From: Octopus vulgaris | Lineage: Eukaryota | Direction of reading: 5' to 3' | Length of the DNA stretch: 64,000 nucleotides | Assembly (NCBI GenBank): GCA_951406725.2 | Contig: OX597814.1 | Span: forward strand, 183,334,001 to 183,398,000 | Part shown: one piece after another, positions 1-13,343 of the stretch | Numbering within the stretch: the first letter of the stretch is position 1 | Layout: the number at the start of each line of letters is the position of its first letter | The notes under the pieces: model-generated | Databases searched by the model: none | Told to the model about the DNA's origin: nothing | Seen by the model: only the letters and a program-made list of their open reading frames with translations | Program-made: the position numbers and the translations under genes

Positions 1-176
1 TGATTTCATCACCTCTTGCTCTCCAGAATTCTTCCCTGCCGGCATAAATAAGCTACCGATAAAATGGAAAAATTGTGTTGATAATTTAGGTGCATACTTC
101 GATTAACTGCATTGCTTTTTGTTGAGATAAAATAAAATACTGTCAGTTCCAAATTAGACCTTTAATTTTTAATGAA

Positions 177-221
<45 letters not shown>

Positions 222-235
222 AAATATTTTATATG

Positions 236-426
236 CTTAAAGCTAACAAGCCATCACCGTGCAATGGATAAAGAAAATAACCTAATATTAGGGCATATAA
301 GCCCTCGACGGGAAAGAGTAGGGCACGCGTACGAGAACCCTACTTTTTTCTGTCGAGGTCTTATATGCTCCAATATTAGGCTATTATCTGTTATTCATTG
401 CACCGTGAACGGTTATAAGCTTTAAG
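236..426. mobile_element. Hairpin (fold-back) MITE-like element
   Basis: Imperfect inverted repeat with ~88 bp arms (cttaaagct...gagtaggg / ccctact...agctttaag) and a 14-nt loop (cacgcgtacgagaa). It abuts a truncated mariner MITE. Confidence 0.6.
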
Positions 427-578
427 TTTATTCAACATATTCCCCTCTCACATTCGCACCTTTATTACAGCGTTCCTACAGTTTTTCTAAGCCCTGTAAA
501 AGAACTCGGAAGATTGGGCCCCGAACCGGGACTTTCGTGATATCCTTAAAGCCAGGAACGATTCAACACCCTCTCGTA
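427..578 (-). mobile_element. Truncated mariner-derived MITE (same family as 63584-63802)
   Basis: The reverse complement reads TA-cgagagggtgttgaatcgttcctggcttt...ttacagggcttagaaaaact...gagaggggaatatgttgaataa and aligns with the copy at 63584. It ends at a TA run. Confidence 0.75.
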
Positions 579-610
579 TATATAGATAGGCACATATACA
601 TAAATATATT

Positions 611-663
<53 letters not shown>

Positions 664-680
664 CTACATAAACATATATT

Positions 681-726
<46 letters not shown>

Positions 727-840
727 TACATATACATATATTTACACACACATATATATATACATCTACATATATTTACATATATATATATATATATGTG
801 TATGTGGTTATCTATCCATCTATCTGTCTGTCTATTATAT
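579..840. repeat. (TA)n/(TACA)n microsatellite
   Basis: Directly visible. Confidence 0.95.
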
Positions 841-1394
841 GCTCACATTCACATAGATGTACTAACCCGGAAGAATCGAATTACTGTTCTCGTTTTGTTT
901 TAAGCACTAATACAATTATGTCTGTTATTATTGCCCCAACGAGAAAATACTAGAACGTTTGGATTCCTTTCTACTACATTGGTAGCAATAGAATCTATCA
1001 ATTACGAGACTGCCTTGCGGAACAAGAGCTTGATTTACAACTGTCAATATCTATCTCTCAAATTTAAAATTCTATAATCAAAATCCTCTTGGTAGGAATA
1101 TTTCTAACCCATAACTAAGCGTTAATGTACATATATTTCTACAATTTCAGTCAACAATCTGTAAGTGTGTTGTAGTATATTATGTTGTTTTGGAATAAGA
1201 AGAAGACTGTGCCAGTGTGGTGTGTCATAAATTTCGAAGGACTAATGATATTCACTGATATACTGAAAGGAAAACATGCAGGGTTTATTTTAATGAATTA
1301 CTCTTTCAGGAAAATAACTAGACGGTTGTAGATTCGGAAGGCATTTTAGGGAAGCAGATCAGAATAAAATATAACGATATCAACAAATTGAATT

Positions 1395-1730
1395 AAGGCG
1401 GCGAGCTGGCAGATATGTTAGCACACTGGGCGAAATGCTTAGCTGTATTTCGTCTGTCTTTACAGTCTGAGTTCAAATTCCGCCGAGGTTGACTTTGCCT
1501 TTCATCCCTTCAGGGTCGATAAATTAAGTACCAGTTACGCACTGGGGTCGATGTAATCAACTTAATCCCTTTGTCTGTCCTTGTTTGTCCCCTCTATGTT
1601 TAGCACCTTGTGAGCTATAAAGAAATAAGTATTGTTAGCACGCCGAGCAAAATGCTTAGCGGCATTACATCCGTCTGCACGTTCTGAGCTCAAATATCGT
1701 CTACGTCAACTTTGATTTTTATCCTTTCTG
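1395..1730 (+). mobile_element. tRNA-derived SINE family A1 followed by a partial second A unit
   Basis: A-box-like tggcagatatg, B-box gagttcaaattcc, central gactttgcctttcatcc...gtcgataaattaagtaccag (resembles the Meta-type SINE domain, from memory) and tail aaagaaataag. The tail is joined to a second head starting at gttagcacgcc. Confidence 0.85.
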
Positions 1731-1749
1731 CAAGAATATTTATGTTATA

Positions 1750-2060
1750 TCTTTTTTCTGGTTTTAGTGATTGGTTGCGGCGATGCTGGGGCACAACCTT
1801 GACGTATTTAGTCGAACAAACTGACCCCAGTTGTCAAACACAGGTGGAGAGCAAACAGAAACACACAGAGTTATACACCAGACAAACACACATACACTCA
1901 CGTATATATATATATACAATGAGCTTCTTTCAGGCTCCGTCTACTAAATCTCACTCACAAGGCTTTAGTTGACTGAAGACTAAGGTGCTACGTGGTGGGA
2001 CTGAATCCGAAACCATGTAGTTGGGAGCAAGCTTCTTTCCATACAGCTATGCCTGCGCCT
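1750..2060 (-). mobile_element. SINE family B, decayed and internally deleted
   Basis: Matches the other B copies (ctactaaatctcactcacaaggcttt; head end gcctgcgcct). Confidence 0.75.
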
Positions 2061-2129
2061 GTTAATGTTTATTAGAGTTAAATATTTTTGAAATAGTTTG
2101 CCTGGCAATATTTAGAACTAAACACCAAC

Positions 2130-2483
2130 GTTCCGGGTTCATTCCCACTACGTGACACCTTGGGCAAGTGTCTTCTACTATAGCCTCGGGCCGACCAAAG
2201 CCTTGTGAGTGGATTTGGTAGACGGAAACTGAAAGAAACCCGTCGTATATATATATATTTATATGTATGTGTGTGTATATGTTTCTGTGTCTGTGTTTGT
2301 TCCTCCAACATCGCTGGACAACCGATACTGGTGTGTTTACGCCCCCGTAACATAGCGCTTCGGCAAAAGAGATCGATAGACTAAGTACTAGTCTTACAAA
2401 GAATAAGTCCTGGGGTCGATTTGCTCGACTAAAGTGCTGCTCCAATATGGCCACAGTCAAATGACTGAAACAAGTAAAAGAGT
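2130..2483 (+). mobile_element. SINE family B, 5'-truncated
   Basis: ccttgggcaagtgtcttctactatagcc body, internal TA/TG microsatellite, tail atgactgaaacaagtaaaagag. Confidence 0.9.
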
Positions 2484-2559
2484 ATATAAAAATTTTAAAT
2501 TATTATGCAGCTTGGTTATATATTTCATGCCCATTTTTCAATGCGTTTATTTTCTATTA

Positions 2560-3400
2560 CAACTTCCGGAATTCGAACGTATTCAACTCTGGAGCAAGGA
2601 GAAAACATTACATGAAGGAGTGGTGAGATTTTCATCTCAGGAAAGATCAGCTAAAGTGGAAATCTGGATAACCTTCACATGCGAACTATTCCCAGTTTGC
2701 AGTAACACTATTATTTTCGAATGATATTTAAATGTTATAAGCATTAACTATGGTTCCAATTTGGAATTAGTTATAGAGTTTATGTTTACAATATCAAATT
2801 TCTTATTTAAAATCAATAATCGTTCTATCTTTGTCGTCTACAAAAGTGGTTTCTCTGGGGCATTTCAAAATATCCAGAGTTAGTGTAATGTTCTGTGTGT
2901 TTCTCCATTCTTTTAACATAAGAATAAACGGCTTAAGTCAGCGATAAGTGAGCAATAGTTGATTGGGGAGGAAATTGTAGTACTTCTCTTATTTATAATG
3001 TACATTAGGCAATATTATATTGAATATTTATATTATAATTGGTTATGTGGCAAGATTCAGAGACTTTAAGTGACAGTTAGACTGTCAGAAGTACAATAAC
3101 AGATATAATTTATGGGGGACATAATATAATATAAGCAGAGCTACACATTGTAGTATGCGCGAAATTTAAGCTACTTTATAGTAAATAATCGGAGAGTTTT
3201 CCTTATAGTTTCCAAACAGCAATGTACTTAGGGGAGAGAAACCACTATTTATTAATGCCCTAATAACAGAGTTTGAAACTGGATGGTACAAGTCTATTTA
3301 GAAAATATTTATACATAAATAATTGGGGTGGAGCAGTAATTTTCAGGAATATGACTGCTTTCGTTTTAGTAGAAATTGATGCCTAATAAAAGCGTTATTA
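2560..3400 (-). mobile_element. Highly decayed LINE RT remnant (CR1/Jockey-like)
   Basis: Only faint peptide echoes on the minus strand (PINY near the NYRPI-like region, FVDD). Many stops. Confidence 0.25.
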
Positions 3401-3472
3401 ATCAACATTAGAATGTAGAAATCCCACCAATGTGTTGTATTTGAATTACTGCAAGTCTTCGGACAAGAAACC

Positions 3473-3705
3473 TATTTCTTTACTGCCCATAAGGGGCTAC
3501 ACACAGAGGGAACAAACAAGGACAGACAAACGGATTAAGTCGATTACATCGACCCCAGTACTCAACTGGTACTTAATTTATCGACCCCGAAAGGATGAAA
3601 GGCAAAGTCGACCTCGGCGGAATTTGAACTCAGAACGTAGCGGCAGACGAAATACTGCTAAGCATTTTGCCCGGCATGCTAACGTTTCTGCCAGCTCGCT
3701 GCCTT
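3473..3705 (-). mobile_element. SINE family A1, full length with 17-bp TSD
   Basis: tcttcggacaagaaacc at 3456-3472 and 3706-3722. Confidence 0.95.
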
Positions 3706-5632
3706 TCTTCGGACAAGAAACCGCGAACAAACCAACTCTAACATCAAACCTTCTGCTACTTCAGCATCCTGCGTTGATTTGGCTCTCCTCTATAGTCGAT
3801 TTAGCAGTTAGTTTATTGATCACTGACGTGTTAATGCTTATGTTGTGAAGAGTATTATTTGAACTAAAAGAACCGTGAACAATCGTAGCCACGAACCTTT
3901 TATCGACAAATATCCTTTTTTGTGCTCTCTACTCTGCACTAGCTCTGCAGCCACTATTGAAAATTATGATTGAATGAATCTTCAGTGAATGTTTAATGTT
4001 TCTATTTTTTTTTTCTATTTTCTGTTTTCGAAATCTACCACTATTTTAGTAACAAAACATGTATGATAATAAAACAAAATAAACAACAAAAAGAAGAAAA
4101 TTAAAGTTGATCAAAAACAAATAGGTAACAAAACCTTACAAATATTTATAGTATGAGTGAAGCGATGTAAAATCGAAGACGTTTGATCTTTCCCACTAAA
4201 ATAAAATCAATTAAACAAAGAAAAAGAAAATAGTTAATAAAAAAAAGCAAGAGCGAGCATGGTGGATGAAATAACTGGCTATAAAATATTTGTGCATTTT
4301 CCTGATCTTTGCATACGGCGGATATAAATGTTCGGTTGTGTAAAAGCTGCATTTTTGCCAAAACGCTGAAAATAAACAAATAACTAATGGAATGATTACA
4401 CGTGGAGGTATTTATTTGCGTGGGAAATTCAATAGATTTACTACTAAAAATATAATACAAAATTGAAAAAAATATCGATTTACAAAAGCATAGAAACAGT
4501 AAAATTAGTGAATGATATAGAATACAACATATAGAATGTTTATAGTTCAAGAGATAAGCTACCTGTCATGAAAACCCAGTTATTTTCTATTATCCATTAA
4601 TACTCGCTGGAAGGATGAGGACCTGACAAAACTCTATCTGCCATCGACTAAAATTATAAAACGTTGCACCCAGTCAAGAAGAAAAGAATCACACTTCATC
4701 AATCTCCGTGAGCCTGTCCACAACCTCAGATTAGATCAATCTTCTTCTGTTGCGATTAAAGCGTCAGAGTAACAGAAAGATAAAAGGGAAAATGTCGGGT
4801 ATTTTTTTCATATTCGTGCCTTCTTTAAGCAGGGTATTAACATATATGAAGTCACCGAAATGAGAAATTAAAACGAAATCACATATTTACTAGTGTTATA
4901 ACCACTATGATTTAGAACCTTGATACAAGGTCACATATTTTTTGAAGAGACTAATTGACTCATTTCCAGTATATTACTGAATCCTTTTTCTTTATCGATT
5001 TAAAGGTGTAAAGGCAGGTCGGCTCCGGTTGGTATTAATTATAGAAGATAAAGGTGTGCAATAAATATGACAATTCATTTAATCTCACCTTTTGCTATAT
5101 CTATTACTCCATCCCTACAAGTATTATCATGATTGTCATTGCCAAGATACTTTCACAATCGTAATGATATTAAGTATCTCCTTGCAACAAAAGGAGAAGT
5201 TGACATTGCGTAGATTTGAGATCAAAATAGCATGAAATTAATCCCTGTCACTATCCATGGTTGTATCAATACAATTCTGTCAAGAAGAATGCAACAATAA
5301 AGAACTCTTACATTACAAATATACTGGGTAATAATCTCCAATGCATGCATTACAGAATCCGGCAAGCTGGCCTTATGAGCCTACGGTTGGGGAAGTCCTT
5401 TCTTTGACATATACACATATATACAAATATACTGCAAATATTTTGCCCAGCTCTCTACTGCTTCAACCATTCACCAGCATATTGAAAAAATAAACGAAGC
5501 AATCAAGACTCAGTGAAAGAATCTATTCGCAATCACTGCTCCTGCTAAAAAGTGCTGTCAAATCCCCCTTAACATCCTGTCGCCTTACTAATAGAGCACA
5601 TTGAATAATTTTAGTATAAGATACAATGTACT

Positions 5633-5880
5633 CTGGCGAATTGGCGGATTCGGCGCGCCTGATAGAATGCTTTATGGTGTCCATTCCGTATTTCGGTCTT
5701 CTGAGTTCGATTTCTACCGATTCCAAATTTATCTTTCATCCTTTTTGCTTCGATAAATAAAGTAACAGTCTGTGGTGACGGATTGGCAGAATGGTTAAAG
5801 CGTCGGACAAGATGCATGGCAGTATCTGTTATGATTCTTTGTTGTGTAAGTTCAAATCCAACCGAAGTTTCGATAGATAC
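5633..5880 (+). mobile_element. Two decayed SINE-A-like heads in tandem
   Basis: ggcgaattggcggattc...ctgagttcgattt and ggattggcagaatggtta...agttcaaatccaaccgaag. Confidence 0.55.
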
Positions 5881-6499
5881 GGCTAAGCACTTGACCAACA
5901 CACAAATGGTCATTGATGGCGGATGCCTCTGTATCCTCCAGGAATTGACTGACAGCAGCTCAATGGGATTCTATATGTTAAAAAATAAAGATGAGATGGT
6001 GAGGGCTGAAGTTTCTTTCATCACAAGTCTGCTATATAAGGACTGTGCTGGGAATACAGAACTATAGTAAAGGAAAAATACTCAAATAGAAAGAATGAAT
6101 TAGTTGAAAATGCTTGATGAGAAGTGAATATGCGATATATGTCATACATATTCACTAATTATTGAAATATGGGAGATGGTTGGGATAGTGTGAGTTATTT
6201 ATAAATATTACGTCTACCGTAACAATGATCTCTATAATAAGAGCATAAATAACAAAAACGAACAGATATAAATAGGAGAATAGAACAACAGAAAATGGCG
6301 GACAACAATGGGAATAATATAATCAACAAAATGGCAGGCTGCAACTTATTCAACATCAATAACAGAAACACGCTAACAGGAGCAGCAACAGCAGCAGCAG
6401 CAGCTTTGTTAGCAAAATCAGTGATATATAAAATAATAAAACAATTACAAAAACCATGATATCAATAATAACAAGGTCAAAAATAAAATTTGCGATGGC

Positions 6500-6899
6500 G
6501 ACTACGATGACGACGACGACGACAACAAAAATAGAAAATAAGCAAAAAAACAAAAACAGCACAAACAGTATAATGATCTTAATGACCTTCTCAATCTCGA
6601 TTCATTTAACAATAGCTGTACTGTACATTAGCATAATAATGATGACGACGACAACCACGACGATGGTCATTCCGATGATGTTGATGATGATGATGACGAC
6701 GATGACGACGATAGGGGATGGCAATGATTATGCTGACGATGATAAAGATGGCGATGATAATGGTAAAGAGGATCAAGGTTTTGATAATAATGACAAGACG
6801 ACAATGATAATGATGGTGACGATGAAAGCCAAGATGACGACGACGACGACGATGACGATGATGATGGTGATGATGACGATAATGATAATGATGATGATA

Positions 6900-6933
<34 letters not shown>

Positions 6934-7000
6934 GGATGATGAGGTGGATGATGATGACGACGACGATGCTGATGATAATGTGGTGGTATTGGTGGTGATC
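6500..7000. repeat. (GAT/GAC)n trinucleotide low-complexity tract
   Basis: Directly visible. Confidence 0.9.
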
Positions 7001-7129
7001 GCGGTGGGAATGGCAAAAGCTGCTGGAAGGAAAACCCTATATAAAATTGCAGAAGAATATGCATAAATGCATTGATATCGGAAGATTTGCATTAGGAAAT
7101 ATAAAAAAACACTGAAAATTAATCAAATT

Positions 7130-7253
7130 ATACATATATGTATATGTATGTATGTGTACATATATACATATCCACCCATTAATACATACATATAAATATA
7201 TACGTACGTATACATATATATATATATATGTGTGTGTGTGTATATATATATGC

Positions 7254-7305
<52 letters not shown>

Positions 7306-7392
7306 AAATATATGCATATGTGCATTTATATATATATATATATATATATATCCATGTATGAATATAATATGATATAATATATATGTGTTTGT

Positions 7393-7429
<37 letters not shown>

Positions 7430-7611
7430 TATATACATATATATACATATATATACACATATATATATACATATATATACACATATATATATACATATAT
7501 ATATATATATACATATATATACATATATATACATACATAAACATATATATATATACATACATACATATACATATATATATACATGCATACATACATATAT
7601 ATATACATACA

Positions 7612-7699
<88 letters not shown>

Positions 7700-7705
7700 T
7701 ATATG
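7130..7705. repeat. (TA)n/(TACA)n compound microsatellite
   Basis: Directly visible. Confidence 0.95.
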
Positions 7706-7869
7706 CGTGAAAAGCACTATAGCAGGGGCCCAACCGATTGATAGATCAAGAGATTAAGATATGCAGGTCGATGACGTAGCCCATTGTCCATTTATAGAAT
7801 AAACACTCAGTCGTCATAGTGTCTATCGTCAATAATCGCCAACTATATTTATGATGTTCAACCGAGCTT

Positions 7870-8630
7870 ACTTTATACTCCACCAACACCACCACCACCA
7901 ACACCATAATCCCCCACGGCCATCACTGCCATCTCCGCCGCCGATGTCCCCACCACCGTCAACATTAAGGCCAGCATCAACACTACTGCCAATTTCACAA
8001 GCCCCACGAACACAAACCCACCACTACCACCATTGCCACCTCAAGACCTGAAGCAAGTCGAACACCTCATTCACATACACATACAGATACACTCACACTC
8101 GTACAAACACACACACACAATCACCATTACCTCTACCACTGCAATCCCATCAATTAACATTATCACTTCTGCTACCGCCTTCCGTGGTCAATGTTATCAT
8201 CACCGTCACCGGCGCCAAAACCACGGTGACGGCAACGATGACCACTAGCATCATCACCAGCACCATCACCATCATCACCACCTTCGCTGTTGTCACCACC
8301 GTCACCACCACCTCCAACACCACTACAACACTATATCCTTCACTACCACCAACACCATCACAATTTCCATCACCACCACCACTACCACCATTACCTTCAT
8401 CATTTCCACCACCATCACCACTTTCACCACTACTATCATTATCACCACCACCACCACCACCATCACTGTTACCATCACAATAGCAAGAGCATTTAAACAT
8501 ATTTTCTGACGACCGTATCTCTGAAACTACGACTTCTACTAATGACCATTTTCCTCAATTACTACGACCGATATTACTACCACCACCGCCGCTGCCGCCG
8601 CCGCCACTACCACCAGCACAACCACTGCTC
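7870..8630. repeat. Degenerate (CAC/CAT)n tract
   Basis: Directly visible. Confidence 0.85.
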
Positions 8631-8804
8631 CGCCAAATCATTATAGAACGTTCATGTGGTCGCTCGAAAGCTTGAAATAGCAACCACCTAATTCACGTCT
8701 TGGAGAAAAAGATCTAAGAGAGAAAAGATCATGTTGGATATTTTCAAAAATAAAAACGTGATTTTTGCGGTAGCAATGTCTCGATGGTGGCTGATAGCTT
8801 CAGA

Positions 8805-8875
8805 GCAACAACAACAACAACAATGACAATAAGAATACCACAATCACCACCACCACCACTACCACCACCACCACC

Positions 8876-8939
<64 letters not shown>

Positions 8940-9435
8940 GAAGCAGCAACAATAGCAATAACAACAGCAACAGAAATAACATCAACAGCAGTTACAGGAA
9001 GAACAACAACAACAGCAGCAGCAACAATAGCAATAACAACGAGAAGAGAAATAACAGCAGTAGCAGCAGCAGTAGTAGAGGCAGCAATAACAACAACACC
9101 ACCGACAGCAAAAACAACAGTAGCAGCATCAGCAGCAGAAGAAGAAGCAGAAGAAGAAGAAGAAGAAGAAGCAGAAGAAGAAGAAGAAAAAGAAGAAGAA
9201 GAAGAAGAAGAAGAAGAAAAAGAAGAAAGAAGAAGAAGAAAAACAATAACAACAACAACAGTCGCAGCAGCAGTAGCAAAAGTGGAAGAAGAAGAAGAAG
9301 AAAGAAGAAGAAGAAAGAAGAACAACAACAACAGCAGCAACACCAACAACAAGAACAACAACAACAACAGCTGCAGCAAGAAGAAGAAGAAGAAGAAGAA
9401 GAGAAGAAGAAGAAGAAGAAGAAGAAGAAGAAGAA
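8805..9435. repeat. (CAC)n-(AAC)n-(GCA)n-(GAA)n compound trinucleotide repeat
   Basis: Directly visible; it generates the spurious ORFs 8744-9524. Confidence 0.95.
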
Positions 9436-9599
9436 ATACGACCACGATTAAGACGACTACCATTAAACACTGCAGTTGCTTTATGGTTTCTTTCATTGTT
9501 TTTTACCCAACATTCCATCTCTAATTTTAATCGGCATTAGGGGCGTACATGAACGACCGTCTGCCGTTCGGTATGGTATTCTGAGTTTCTGGGGGTTTT

Positions 9600-10080
9600 A
9601 GCAGTAGTGATGGTAGTGATAGTGGCGATTGTGGTGGTGATTATTGCGATAATAGTGGTGGTACTAATTGTGGTTGTTGTGGCAGTGCTGGTTGTGATAG
9701 TCGCAGCCTTGGTTATAAATCACCTGGCTGTGGTGACTCATAGGAATTGCTGGAAATGGAGTTTACAAAGATGGTCGTTATGACGGTGTTTATTGCAATG
9801 GTGGTGTTAACAGCGTAGGTTTTTGCTTCTGGTTTTGGTAGTTGGAACGGTGGTGATTGTGGTAGTGTTAACAGTAGTTATGATAAAGTTGTTTCAGGTT
9901 CTAGTTCCAGTTCCGCTAGGCATAGGAACGACAGTGGTTGTGCGTTGTTGGAGGTGTTGCTGCTTCTTGCGCTGATGGCCGTAATGGTGACGGTTTTGAT
10001 AGCGGTGTTTGTGAGGGTAGCAAATATCATGGTGTTGATAGTTACTGTGTTGGAAGTTTGGTGAGCTGGTTGTGATTGTT
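9600..10080. repeat. Degenerate (GGT/GTT)n tract
   Basis: Directly visible. Confidence 0.75.
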
Positions 10081-10091
10081 TCCGTAGTGGT

Positions 10092-10594
10092 CTTCTTCTT
10101 CTCCTCCTCCTCCTCCTTCTTCTTCCAATCAGGACTCACGCCATTAGCCACAAAGAATAATCTCTAATTCGAGCCTACTCTAAGCTACTAAGAATGCGTG
10201 TGGCAACTTGAAGATCCACTCACCACACGCGATAGACTGGCGGTTGCACGGGCGCGAAAGCTACGTTGTTATCCTCATTCCGTAAACGGTGGATTTTAAC
10301 GGGTGGAGAGCTGAACCATCCTGGGGTACAGGCGATTCGCAATCTAGACTAGGGTCTGAAAGTTTACCACACCATAGTGGTTACACCATGGTTCCTCTGC
10401 TTTGTGGCAGAAGTAGGAAGAAAGAGTGAGAGAAAGTTGTGGTGAAAGAGTACAGCGGGGTTCATCACCACCCCCGCCATGGAGCTTAGGTGTTTTTGAT
10501 CAATAAACACTCACCATGCCCGGTTTGGGAATCGAATCCGCGTTCTTACGACCGCGAGTCCGCTGCCCTAACCACTGGGCCATTACGCCTCCAC
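10092..10594 (-). mobile_element. Chimeric SINE: family C tRNA head plus a distinct ~315-bp 3' module (tail 1) with (GAA/GGA)n end
   Basis: 11-bp TSD tccgtagtggt at 10081-10091 and 10595-10605. Head reads gtggaggcgtaatggcccagtggttagggcagcggactcgcgg. Confidence 0.85.
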
Positions 10595-10644
10595 TCCGTA
10601 GTGGTTGAAGTGGTATCACTTCTGATAGTGGTATTTGTGATGGT

Positions 10645-10880
10645 AGGGCGGCGAGCTAGTAGAATCGTTATCACGCCGGGCGAAATGCGTAGCCGTATTT
10701 CGTCTGCCGTTACGTTCTGAGTTCAAATTCCGCCGTGGTCGACTTTGCCTTTCATCCTTTCGGGGTCGATTAAACAAGTACCAGTTAAACACTGGGGTCG
10801 ATATAATCGACTTAATTCGTTTGTCTGTCCTTGTCTGTCCTCTCTGTGTTTAGCCCCTTGTTGTGGGTAGTAAAGAAATA
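10645..10880 (+). mobile_element. SINE family A1, full length with 15-bp TSD
   Basis: ggtatttgtgatggt at 10630-10644 and 10881-10895. Confidence 0.95.
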
Positions 10881-11344
10881 GGTATTTGTGATGGTGGTAG
10901 TTGCGATAATGGCGGTTTTGTGTTGGTTGTGTTGGTAGTGATGGTGATTGTGGTGGTGATGTTTATGTTTCCAGTTGTGATAATGGTTGTTGTTGTTGTG
11001 TTGATAGAAGAGTTGGTTGAAAAGGAGAAAGGAGATTCAGTGAAGTAAGATCGATTAATGCTCCAATGGGTTTCACACTCATAACCTCACTGTATTGTCA
11101 AAAGCAGAAACAGATGCATGCACACTCCACCTATTCCACCGCAACCACCGCCATCACCGTCGCCGCCGCCACCACCACCGCCGACACATACATGCACACA
11201 CAAACGCACTCATAAACTCATACATACATGGAAATGTATGTACACATACACACCTATACAAAGAGAGAGAGGGAAGGATGAATTGTAATAAAACCTCTAT
11301 TATCCATACATAATATATATATATAACACATATGTAAATACATA

Positions 11345-11393
<49 letters not shown>

Positions 11394-12509
11394 GCACGCA
11401 CACGCATGCACACATATGTACAAATAATGTGCTTATACACCCTCACTGAGAGACTGAAGATAACTCTAGCAAACACATATTAATCAATACTGAAGAATAC
11501 CCACACTTCGCCCACAGACACACACACACACACACGCACACACACACACATACAAACAAACACACATACACACACACGTATTCATATACACATACTCATA
11601 CACACACAGTCATATACGCTCGAATACACAAAAACTCAAGCACATACACGCGCGCAAGTACATTCATAGGTATACATATTTTTATCACATACTCACATGC
11701 ACAAAGACCTCCACTCAGCCACGTATATACAGTATAATGATCTTTTACTCTCATATACATACACACATATACATACACACATAAGTGACTAAAGCACGAA
11801 ATCATGATTTCATTGCTGTTTATATTAATTCAGAACTGTTATTAGTCACGCACTTACTCAACGGATGTCAAAACATAAGATTTATTTTGTATTATTATTA
11901 TTTTTGGAAGGATAAATAAATTTCTTTTGTCTATCAAGACTCTTACAATGCCTCTTCGATGCCTTGAATGCGCTGTGAGATATCGATTTTAAGCCTTGCT
12001 TGAAGCAACGACCTTAAAAGAGCTTATATTTGATTTTGAACCATGTTCAAAGCCTGCAAAATATTTTGACGTCAATCCCCGGCAACTGTTCACATTATTT
12101 GCCTCAAATTTAATAAGGTACAAAATAATCAATCAATCTATCATTCAGTCAATCAATCAATCAGATAATCTATCAATCAACAGAAAGAGAAAGTGAGAGA
12201 TAGGGAGAGACATGGGGGAGAGAAAAGACGGTCTGACAGAAATTCTTATTCCATAAAATCCTTCACTCATGATAATTTAACTCAGACATTAGCTGGAATA
12301 GGCCATCGTGTCAATTATGTTATGTTTCTTTTATAAAGATGAAATAAAAATAAGGAAAAAAAAATAACATACAGAATAAAATTAATTTATAAAAACAAAA
12401 TATAATAAAGAATAAAATAATATATAAAAGCAAAATAAAAAATTAATTGCTAAAATTAAAATGCGAATAATCTCTAGTTCTATTATCTTTGTATTTACTA
12501 TTCACGATA

Positions 12510-12676
<167 letters not shown>

Positions 12677-13343
12677 GAAAGTTTTGCAAACGGATGTGTC
12701 TGAGAGAGTCTCGTGATAAAAGTAATTTTAGTACAAATTACTAATGGAAAACTGTTTTTGTTCCAGTTTTCACTCTGGAGTGTTTAACAAAATACTTTCA
12801 GATTATTTTAACATTCGCCTCATTTCCTAGAGTAGGAGAAATGTTCGCCTTAGATGAAGTTTCTTTTTTTCACTCTAATTTTTACTATTTTTATCTTCTT
12901 TCTTACAAACGGCCATTTGCTTTCTTTCTCTGTTATAATGGTGACATCAAATATAGTAGCAGGAGAAACCCGTTACAGTGATAGAAACAGAAATACGACC
13001 CACCACCACAATATTTCAAATATCAAAACAGAGTATGAACAAAAATAAAAACAGACAATATGAAAATTAAACAAACATACCAAAAAAAAGACTCATGCAT
13101 AAACATTTGGATTCACATATTGAAAAGCTCAAAACAGTGTTGAAAACGTTAATTTAAATCATAAAAGCAGTGTAAATAGTAGCTACGATACTACCGCAAA
13201 CAGCTGATGTCACAGGGAAATGGAGGATGTAAGCCGTCTCAAAAAATATATAGAAGAGGTCTCTCTCTCTCTAGAGAGAGAGAGAGAACGAGAGGGAGAG
13301 GGAGGGGAGAGAAAGTTTTGGGGAGAAAAGATAGAGATTACCT

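Noticed and set aside
7037-7757. YI-repeat ORFs here and at ~35000, 41100 and 52900-54200
   Set aside because: (TA)n tracts lack stop codons; these are artefacts.
6456-9524. Long ORFs (180-250 aa; poly-M/H/S/T/E/L)
   Set aside because: They are translations of trinucleotide repeats, open in several frames on both strands, with no recognisable domain.
11990-12117. Possible exon (LLEATTLKELIFDFEPCSK...)
   Set aside because: Weak splice signals, no recognisable homology and no partner exons.
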